Shown one piece after another: positions 56,584 to 64,000 of a stretch of DNA of 64,000 bases. Position numbers and translations under genes: made by a program. Where the stretch lies: the IMG/VR virus record IMGVR_UViG_3300027782_000040; one strand, written 5' to 3'. This stretch comes from a virus. Each line of letters starts with the position of its first letter. Positions within the stretch are counted from its first letter, which is position 1. The notes under the pieces are model-generated. The model was not told where the DNA came from, ran no database searches, and was given only the letters and a program-made list of their open reading frames with translations.

Positions 56584-58395
56584 ATGAAAATATTAAGAAA
56601 AGATACTGATTTAAATATATTATTGAATACTGAAACTGATTTTCAAACAAATCTCGGTTGGGAAGAAAACTTGAAAGAATTTGAAACTGAAATATTAAGT
56701 GATATTATTAACCCAATTGAAAATTATGAAACGGTTAGATATATTCATAAACCATATACGTCTAGTGGAGTAACACAAACCGATATTTGGTTTTATTTTT
56801 ATTTTCAAAGCGGTGGAACATATGTTCAAGATTATACCCCACAAGGTATAAGTTCACAAGAAAATGAACATATGTTAAAACAGGCGACTGAGAGTTTTTT
56901 TAGATTAGAGTTTTTTAAAACACCAGGAACTGTATCAAGTAATATATTAACATGTGAACCACCAACAAGACAAAATAGAAAATTAATATTTGCAAAAAAT
57001 TTGTCATTACCGTTAGGTGAGAAAATGTTTTATAATCCACTTAATGGTTATATACATTTACCTGTTTTTAGAGGATCAAATTATAGTAATAAAGAAAATA
57101 TGTATTTCTTTTGGTTCCAAGATGAAAGTGTTTTAACTGAAACTAATTTAAGTGGTACAACAACAGGTAACACCTTCTTTATGACAGCAAAGTTTTATAA
57201 TGCAAAAGAAGGTACAATTTTAGATTTTACAAATGATTGTTACAGTACGGGTCACACTATTACTGAACAAAATGATATGTACTATCAAGTTGATATTAAT
57301 AAAACAGATTATTCGTATCAAGTTTATTATTACAATGGTGTAGTAAAATGTGAAGAAGTTGGTTTTACAAACAAACCAATAATGTTTTTTGAAAGAGGAG
57401 GTGGAACGGCACCAACTAACATAGTATATCACACATGTTCAAATGTAACACCTACACCGACACCAACTGCAACCCGTGTAGCAACACCAACACCAACTCC
57501 AACTCCAACACAAACTCAAACACCAAGTGGATCATCATCGGGACCAACTTATTATAGTGATGTTGTTGGTCGGAGCGCATCGTCAGTAAGTGATGCTTGT
57601 AGTCAAGTAAGTACAATTGGGGTTACGGGAAGTGGAACCTTATTCTGTAATTCGGCAACATTTACATCTACGGACGGATATTCAATGGGTACTGGAAATT
57701 ATTATTTATCAAACGGTTCAAAATATGTACAAGTATCACATACTATTTATACGAATCTATTTACTGTCATCGGTGGTGGTTGTACAACATGTCCTGGCGT
57801 AACAATATACGATTGGTACACACTTGAAAATTGTTGGGACCAAACTACTGGTTATACAACAGGTCTTACAGTAGGAACATATGCTGTAAATAATAGAGTA
57901 ACAACATTTTTAGATATTGGTACAATATGGAAAGTAATTGCAATTAGCTCAAGTAATCCGGCACCATTAATAAATAAAATATCTGTCGCACCAAGTTTAG
58001 ATTATTTTAGTGCAATACAAAATGGTTGTCCACCAATATTTGAATATTTTTTAAGTGATCCATATACAGGTACCACATTATTCTGTTCATCACCTGGTAA
58101 ATCAACTGGAACATTAATAAAAACGTTTTCACCTACAATATCAGAAATTTTAAATTATCCAGTTTATAATTCAAGTAAAGTTTTATTTGAAGGTGCGGGT
58201 AATGATTATAATTATTTTATTTCCACCTCTGCTGGTGTAAATTCATATACAAACGGTAGCACACCTTTAAGTAACAATAGAATATTAATAAAAATTGACG
58301 GTACAATAACAAACAACGGTGCAGGAACCCCTGGTTACGTTTTAGATGTATATTCAACACCTTGTAGTGGAGGTGGCGGAGGAGGAAACTTATAA
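56584..58395 (+). CDS. Putative virion protein with Pro-Thr linker and Cys-rich modules
   Basis: TPTPTPT linker, paired Cys, Gly-rich end. Confidence 0.65.
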   Translation: MKILRKDTDLNILLNTETDFQTNLGWEENLKEFETEILSDIINPIENYETVRYIHKPYTSSGVTQTDIWFYFYFQSGGTYVQDYTPQGISSQENEHMLKQATESFFRLEFFKTPGTVSSNILTCEPPTRQNRKLIFAKNLSLPLGEKMFYNPLNGYIHLPVFRGSNYSNKENMYFFWFQDESVLTETNLSGTTTGNTFFMTAKFYNAKEGTILDFTNDCYSTGHTITEQNDMYYQVDINKTDYSYQVYYYNGVVKCEEVGFTNKPIMFFERGGGTAPTNIVYHTCSNVTPTPTPTATRVATPTPTPTPTQTQTPSGSSSGPTYYSDVVGRSASSVSDACSQVSTIGVTGSGTLFCNSATFTSTDGYSMGTGNYYLSNGSKYVQVSHTIYTNLFTVIGGGCTTCPGVTIYDWYTLENCWDQTTGYTTGLTVGTYAVNNRVTTFLDIGTIWKVIAISSSNPAPLINKISVAPSLDYFSAIQNGCPPIFEYFLSDPYTGTTLFCSSPGKSTGTLIKTFSPTISEILNYPVYNSSKVLFEGAGNDYNYFISTSAGVNSYTNGSTPLSNNRILIKIDGTITNNGAGTPGYVLDVYSTPCSGGGGGGNL

Positions 58396-58404
58396 AAAAT
58401 AATA

Positions 58405-59280
58405 ATGAAAAGAATTAACCATACCATTAAAAGAAAAAAAATACCTGAAGTGAAATTAGTTTCATTAACAGGTAAGACATGGTACGATTCAAATAATAAC
58501 CCAACACCATGGACGGGTGACACTGAATTTTTAGTTACAGGTTTTACACCCGACACAGGTTATGTTGTTTATAACGTAACCGGTGGAACTGTAGATGGTG
58601 GTTATTATTATAAATGGAATACACCAACAGAAGACACATGGAATTTAATTGTTGGTACAGGTACGACAGAACAAGAAATAGAAACCCATGTTAATAGCCA
58701 AATACATGAAGATTTTCAACTACCATTATTTTTAGAAGCAACGGCTGATGAAATGGGAGATATGGTTGATTTTGATAAAAATATTGGACATAATGAAATT
58801 AGTGCAAACTTCGCATATGAAAGTGTTTGTACTGAAACTGGTAGTACAATAACAATTAACAACACAACAACATATCAATTAGTTAATATAATTTTGGCTA
58901 ATGATACGAATCCAGACGGAACAACGAATGTAACGAGTGTTAGAAGATTGGCTACAGAAATATCCGAACAAAATGTTTTAGACGAATTAGAAGATTTTTT
59001 AGTGGTTGATGGACAAGATTTTTCAATATCGGGATCATCATTTACGGTACATTGGGGAGACGAAACAACATCACCAATTGGAATTAATGGTAGTGTAACA
59101 AAATCATTTGATGTTGCCGAAGAAAAAACAATTAGAATAGTTTTTGAGTCACCATATTTAACAAATCAAGTGGTTAAAGTTGTTAATTGTGGTGAAACTG
59201 CAGTGAGTTACATGAGAATTAATACCGAAAACAATGACCCTATTCAAAGTGAAAATAATAATTACATAAATGTCGATTAG
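58405..59280 (+). CDS. Putative virion protein with PKD-like C-terminus
   Basis: FTVHWGD motif; operon position. Confidence 0.55.
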   Translation: MKRINHTIKRKKIPEVKLVSLTGKTWYDSNNNPTPWTGDTEFLVTGFTPDTGYVVYNVTGGTVDGGYYYKWNTPTEDTWNLIVGTGTTEQEIETHVNSQIHEDFQLPLFLEATADEMGDMVDFDKNIGHNEISANFAYESVCTETGSTITINNTTTYQLVNIILANDTNPDGTTNVTSVRRLATEISEQNVLDELEDFLVVDGQDFSISGSSFTVHWGDETTSPIGINGSVTKSFDVAEEKTIRIVFESPYLTNQVVKVVNCGETAVSYMRINTENNDPIQSENNNYINVD

Positions 59281-59318
59281 AATCAAAAACTAATATATTT
59301 ATTAGTTAATCAATAGCT

Positions 59319-61664
59319 ATGGCAGGACTAGATAAAAAAATTAGTGAATTACTCGAATTTTCGGGAGATACCTCAGGTTCATGGTTAATTGTAAATAATA
59401 GTAGTGAAACGGCAACATCTAAAATTAGAAGGGAAGCTTTTCTAAGTGGATTTAGCGGTGGAAGTAATGGTACATCAGGTTCTTCAGGTTCTAATGGAAC
59501 TAGTGGAACAAATGGAACTTCCGGAACAAATGGTACATCGGGAACTAATGGTTCATCTGGAACTAGTGGTTCGTCAGGTTCATCTGGAACTAGTGGTTCA
59601 TCAGGAACTAGTGGTAGTTCAGGTTCTTCAGGAACAAGTGGAAGTTCTGGAACTAGTGGTTCGTCAGGTTCATCTGGAACTAGTGGTTCATCAGGAACTA
59701 GTGGTTCATCAGGAACTAGTGGTTCTAACGGAACAGACGGAACTTCTGGTTCTAATGGTACTGATGGTAGTTCTGGAACAAGTGGATCTAATGGTACAGA
59801 CGGCACATCGGGAAGCAATGGTACGGATGGAACGAGTGGTTCTAATGGTACCGATGGTTCTTCAGGAAGTAACGGTACTAACGGTTCTTCTGGAACATCA
59901 GGAGATTCATTATTTGCCGAAACAGGTTCATATTGGTATACAAAAAATAATATACAAATAGATGGTACGTTAACAGCTAAAGAATATTATGTTACATTAA
60001 TATCTTCTTCAGTAATGTTTGTATCAGGGTCAAATAACTTTGGTAACACATTAGATGACAATCATAATTTTACAGGCTCAGTTAATATATCAGGTTCATT
60101 AACAATAAACGGAACATCATATACCGCGGCAACTTCAGGAACTAGCGGTAGTAATGGAACCGATGGTTCTTCTGGTTCATCAGGTTCATCAGGTTCAAAC
60201 GGTACAGACGGTTCATCAGGTACTAGTGGTAGTAATGGAACAGACGGGTCTTCAGGAACTAGTGGAAGTAATGGTACTGACGGTTCATCAGGTTCCAATG
60301 GTACAGACGGAACTTCAGGTACATCAGGTTCTAATGGTACTGATGGTTCATCAGGTACTAGTGGAAGCAATGGTACAGATGGTTCTTCAGGAACTAGTGG
60401 AAGCAATGGTACAGATGGTTCTTCAGGAACTAGTGGAAGCAATGGTACAGATGGTTCTTCAGGAACTAGTGGTTCTAATGGTACAGACGGAAGTTCAGGT
60501 ACATCAGGTTCTAATGGTACAGATGGTAGTTCTGGTACTAGTGGTTCTAACGGTACAGACGGAAGTTCAGGTTCTTCAGGTAGTAATGGAACAGACGGTT
60601 CTTCAGGTACTAGTGGAAGTAATGGAACAGATGGTAGCTCAGGTTCTTCAGGTTCTAATGGTACTGACGGGTCTTCTGGTTCTTCAGGTTCAAATGGTAC
60701 AGATGGTTCTTCAGGTAGTAATGGTACAGACGGAAGTTCCGGAACATCAGGTTCTAATGGTACCGATGGGTCTTCAGGAACTAGTGGTTCTAATGGTACA
60801 GATGGTTCTTCAGGTACTAGTGGTTCTAATGGTACAGATGGTTCTTCAGGTACTAGTGGAAGCAATGGAACAGATGGGACTAGTGGTTCTAATGGTACAT
60901 CAGGTGATTCATTATTTGTGTCGGGTGCTGGATTTTATTATACAACAAATAATTTACAAATTACAGGTTCAGTAAAAATTAAAGGTACAATTACGGCTGA
61001 AGAATATAATGTTACATTAGTATCTTCTTCTGTTTTATATTCATCAGGATCAACAAAATTTGGTGACACATCTGATGACACACATCAATTTACTGGTTCA
61101 GTATTAGTTGAAGGAAAAGTTAATGCTAGTTCATTAACGGGTTCAATTAATTTTAATAATTTAACAAATGTTCCTTCATTAGTATCGGGTTCATCACAAG
61201 TATCATTCGGTGGTATAACAGGTGTTCCGTCAGGTATTGTATCTAGTTCATTACAAATAAAAAATTATGGAGATTTTGCTACAACCGGTTCAAATACATT
61301 TAAAGGAAATCAAATAATTTCAGGGTCATTAACTGTTACAGGTAGTGTAAGTGCCGCGGCGTATTATGAAGTATCGGATATTAGATATAAAGATATTATT
61401 TCAGTTAATCCAAATGTAGATTTATCAACATTAGATGTGATTCAATTTACACTTAAAGGTGATAGTCAAGTAAGATATGGTTATTCGGCTCAAAGTGTTA
61501 AAGAAGCTTGTTCTGACTTAGTCGTTGGTGATTTACCAATGAGTGTCAATTATAACGATGTCCATACTCTCAAAATACACCAATTGGAAAATAAAATAAA
61601 ACAATTAGAAAATAAATTAGAGTCATTGTATGTCATTATCATGGACAGGGATAACCAAAAATAA
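59319..61664 (+). CDS. Tail fibre with Gly-X-Y (GTS/GSS/GSN/GTD) repeats and a C-terminal peptidase S74-like chaperone domain
   Basis: Two long Gly-every-third tracts; SDIRYKD...YGYSAQ.V...VNY followed by a coiled coil. Confidence 0.8.
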   Translation: MAGLDKKISELLEFSGDTSGSWLIVNNSSETATSKIRREAFLSGFSGGSNGTSGSSGSNGTSGTNGTSGTNGTSGTNGSSGTSGSSGSSGTSGSSGTSGSSGSSGTSGSSGTSGSSGSSGTSGSSGTSGSSGTSGSNGTDGTSGSNGTDGSSGTSGSNGTDGTSGSNGTDGTSGSNGTDGSSGSNGTNGSSGTSGDSLFAETGSYWYTKNNIQIDGTLTAKEYYVTLISSSVMFVSGSNNFGNTLDDNHNFTGSVNISGSLTINGTSYTAATSGTSGSNGTDGSSGSSGSSGSNGTDGSSGTSGSNGTDGSSGTSGSNGTDGSSGSNGTDGTSGTSGSNGTDGSSGTSGSNGTDGSSGTSGSNGTDGSSGTSGSNGTDGSSGTSGSNGTDGSSGTSGSNGTDGSSGTSGSNGTDGSSGSSGSNGTDGSSGTSGSNGTDGSSGSSGSNGTDGSSGSSGSNGTDGSSGSNGTDGSSGTSGSNGTDGSSGTSGSNGTDGSSGTSGSNGTDGSSGTSGSNGTDGTSGSNGTSGDSLFVSGAGFYYTTNNLQITGSVKIKGTITAEEYNVTLVSSSVLYSSGSTKFGDTSDDTHQFTGSVLVEGKVNASSLTGSINFNNLTNVPSLVSGSSQVSFGGITGVPSGIVSSSLQIKNYGDFATTGSNTFKGNQIISGSLTVTGSVSAAAYYEVSDIRYKDIISVNPNVDLSTLDVIQFTLKGDSQVRYGYSAQSVKEACSDLVVGDLPMSVNYNDVHTLKIHQLENKIKQLENKLESLYVIIMDRDNQK
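59461..59904 (+). repeat. Gly-X-Y repeat tract 1
   Basis: 9-nt periodic GGN-WSN-NNN repeats. Confidence 0.9.
60134..60905 (+). repeat. Gly-X-Y repeat tract 2 (36-nt unit, GSNGTDGSSGTS)
   Basis: Tandem degenerate 27/36-nt units. Confidence 0.9.
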
Positions 61665-62949
61665 AATATTAACTGATAGTGATATTAATAGAGCCGCTGA
61701 AGATGGTTTTTTAACATCAAAAACAACGATTCCAACAACAGATAAAGGAGTTACAAAAGAACGTGCACTACAATATATTAATATTAACCCCCTACATGTT
61801 TCATATACTGGAAAATCGTCCAATCAATTAATTACTAAAGAAGATATTAAAAAACCTTGTGATGAATGTACATCATATAACATCGTTATTAATCAGAGTG
61901 ATTTAAACGATATATCAGGTAACACCGATAATAAGATTTATTTATATTATTATCCTTGTGGAACTTATAGTGGAGTTACACCATATATAACTTTTTCATA
62001 TCCAGGAACATTTACAGATTATATTTGTGCTCAAAGTTGTGCCGTTACAGAACCATATTTATTTTCAAGTTTTGATGAAGGTAAAATATTAACAGATTCA
62101 AGTTATGTTGAATTAGCAGGAAATTGTGCAACATCAACATTTAGAAGCGTTTCTTGTAGTGGTACCACAGTTTATAATGTTGCATCTGAAGGATTTAATT
62201 ACCCACCTACACAATTTGATTTAGGACAAACTTATGGTAATGTAGATATTACAATTAGTATTAGTGGAAATACAAATTCAAACAACGAAATATTCATCGG
62301 TAATAGAGCTGAGAGTTATGGTACAACATATGCATTCGGTACAGGTAATCAAAGTATATCAGATACAGTAGGTTTTATTAGTAATACAACTAAAACAACA
62401 TTAGACGTTGTGGTTTATTCAACTACAACAGGTAATACATTTACACCATTTAATGTGGTATTTACTGCGTCATGTCCTGCAAGTGATGACACTTGTTCAA
62501 TTGCAACAACAGGTGGTACATATTATAGTGGGACAACAATTAACGTAACAGCAATAGGAAATATTAAATACGAAACAACAACTGGAATGGTATTTAAAAA
62601 CATAACATCAACTGGAACGTACACAATAAACGATTGTATATTAATCAATTCAATATCACCAGGTTATCCACTAATTAGTGTTGCAGCATATAATAATGTT
62701 GTTACGGGAAGTAGTTGTAGTTCGGTTACAGTAGATACGTCAGGTTCAGAATCATCATCAACAGGAACAACAGGAAACTGTAGAACCATAACATTTAATG
62801 CAAATCAAGGATTTAGTGCCACCACATATTGGATAGATTGTGACGGCATTATACGAACAAGATTTGTCGATAGAGGAACCATATTCACAACCACAGGACA
62901 AGATGGTAGTGCGTCGGGATTACCATTAACATATGGGGCATTTTTATAA
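61630..62949 (+). CDS. Putative Cys/Thr-rich virion fibre-associated protein
   Basis: Operon position; many Cys and (S/T)GxT motifs. Confidence 0.65.
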   Translation: MSLSWTGITKNKILTDSDINRAAEDGFLTSKTTIPTTDKGVTKERALQYININPLHVSYTGKSSNQLITKEDIKKPCDECTSYNIVINQSDLNDISGNTDNKIYLYYYPCGTYSGVTPYITFSYPGTFTDYICAQSCAVTEPYLFSSFDEGKILTDSSYVELAGNCATSTFRSVSCSGTTVYNVASEGFNYPPTQFDLGQTYGNVDITISISGNTNSNNEIFIGNRAESYGTTYAFGTGNQSISDTVGFISNTTKTTLDVVVYSTTTGNTFTPFNVVFTASCPASDDTCSIATTGGTYYSGTTINVTAIGNIKYETTTGMVFKNITSTGTYTINDCILINSISPGYPLISVAAYNNVVTGSSCSSVTVDTSGSESSSTGTTGNCRTITFNANQGFSATTYWIDCDGIIRTRFVDRGTIFTTTGQDGSASGLPLTYGAFL

Positions 62950-62960
62950 AATAAAATAAC

Positions 62961-63257
62961 ATGAGTACAACATATACAACCATACCTATAAAACAAATAA
63001 GTAACAATTTTGGAACTGTTAATAAAGTTATTTGGTTTGATGTTACAAATATTCAAGGTACGTTTGGGGTTAATTTATTTATCACACCAAATCAATCTAC
63101 AGATATGAATATTGTAATATTTAATAAAGGGAGTAATGAAGAAATGTATAGAAAAACATATAATAAATCATCTGATAGTTCAGTTATAACTGATACTGTT
63201 AAATTAAGACATGTTCCTGGTCAAAAATCGGCAACTTACGGAATTAAAAGTTTATAA
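62961..63257 (+). CDS. Hypothetical protein, 98 aa
   Basis: In-operon ORF. Confidence 0.65.
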   Translation: MSTTYTTIPIKQISNNFGTVNKVIWFDVTNIQGTFGVNLFITPNQSTDMNIVIFNKGSNEEMYRKTYNKSSDSSVITDTVKLRHVPGQKSATYGIKSL

Positions 63258-63259
63258 AA

Positions 63260-64000
63260 ATGAGTATAACCGGAGGTACATTCAGTGTTGATTGTTTAAT
63301 AAGTGATGTCTCATCATCAACAAACGATTGTGGAGTTCAAAAAACTTTAACATGGTCTAATGCTGGTACCAAATCAAATATACAAAGTTATTTCTTCAAT
63401 TATAATCAATTAAATAACAAAATTCCGGTTTATGTTTTCATAAAACCAAAAGTCAAAAAGTTATTTAAATTTACATTCACACCAGGTTCAAATAACGGTT
63501 CAAATATTACTATTAATATTAATCAAAAAATAAACGGTGTTTATACGTTAGTAGATGTTGAAAATTTAAATACGCTATCTACTGAGACTTCAAAATATAT
63601 TACACTTTATTTTGATGAAAATAAAAATGATGACATTTCACTAACTTTAGATATCATTACATCAGGTGGAACGAGCGGACAAATGTATTGTGAAATTGAT
63701 TGTGACCCTGCAATAATAAGTGCTGAATTTTGTACTGGATTTACGAACTCAAATTATTATTGTACAACATGCCCAACAGTTGTAAAATTATATAGAGCTA
63801 AAACACCTAATTTACCACCAATAAATGGTATTTTGAATATTAATTCTGGATTTAGTAATTTCTCACCTTTCACAACAGGACCTTGGTATTTGGATAATGG
63901 ATTAACAATTGAAGCACCTTCAGGTGTAACATATTCTTATGCTTCTGGAGATATTGCAAAAAGATCAATATACACATATAATCCATCTACACATTCTTTT
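63260..64000 (+). CDS. Putative virion protein, truncated by the right window edge
   Basis: Not in the track. ATG at 63260, open to the end (MSITGGTFSVDCLISD...). Confidence 0.7.
   Translation, partial: MSITGGTFSVDCLISDVSSSTNDCGVQKTLTWSNAGTKSNIQSYFFNYNQLNNKIPVYVFIKPKVKKLFKFTFTPGSNNGSNITININQKINGVYTLVDVENLNTLSTETSKYITLYFDENKNDDISLTLDIITSGGTSGQMYCEIDCDPAIISAEFCTGFTNSNYYCTTCPTVVKLYRAKTPNLPPINGILNINSGFSNFSPFTTGPWYLDNGLTIEAPSGVTYSYASGDIAKRSIYTYNPSTHSF

Noticed and set aside
60134-60905. 36-nt periodicity resembling a CRISPR array
   Set aside because: Tandem coding repeats without unique spacers; no cas genes
59306-60975. Long alternative-frame ORFs (59306-59818 -, 60062-60865 -, 59446-59961 +, 60154-60975 +)
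   Set aside because: Shadows of the Gly-X-Y repeat, which lacks stops in other frames
1-64000. Stop-codon reassignment as in some jumbo phages
   Set aside because: Genes are full length in the standard code, and TAG/TGA terminate genes at expected positions (e.g. polB TAG, dut TGA)
1-64000. tRNA/rRNA genes, integrase or transposase
   Set aside because: None recognised; intergenic gaps are short and AT-rich (no covariance search was run)

Overview
AT-rich segment of a large contractile-tailed (myovirus, T4-like gene set) jumbo-type bacteriophage, probably infecting Bacteroidota. Host evidence: a DUF4494-like gene, a TTTG-N20-TAnnTTTG promoter and A-rich starts without Shine-Dalgarno sequences. 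The window holds: (i) a leftward block with two glycosyltransferases, a HAD-like protein, PhoH, dUTPase, a stand-alone WYL protein and putative internal head proteins; (ii) an adhesin cassette (LamG/PT-repeat protein, BppU-like adaptor, two fibre genes sharing an N-terminus); (iii) family B DNA polymerase, neck proteins and an SNF2 helicase; (iv) tail sheath, tube, tail chaperone with a hidden +1 frameshift extension, tape measure and baseplate proteins; (v) a replication module (SSB, RecA/UvsX, 5'-3' exonuclease, DnaB/gp41, class II RNR); (vi) baseplate wedge and Cys-/Gly-rich fibre genes. Most notable: a [S/T]-G-x-[T/S] motif strongly enriched in unrelated virion proteins and nearly absent from enzymes (candidate glycosylation sequon for the phage glycosyltransferases); a UUU_CGU +1 frameshift candidate; two distinct promoter classes; a parS-like/iteron region; and a shared L-x-E helix motif that may be a capsid-sorting signal. 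All protein assignments come from motif recognition by eye, not database searches.
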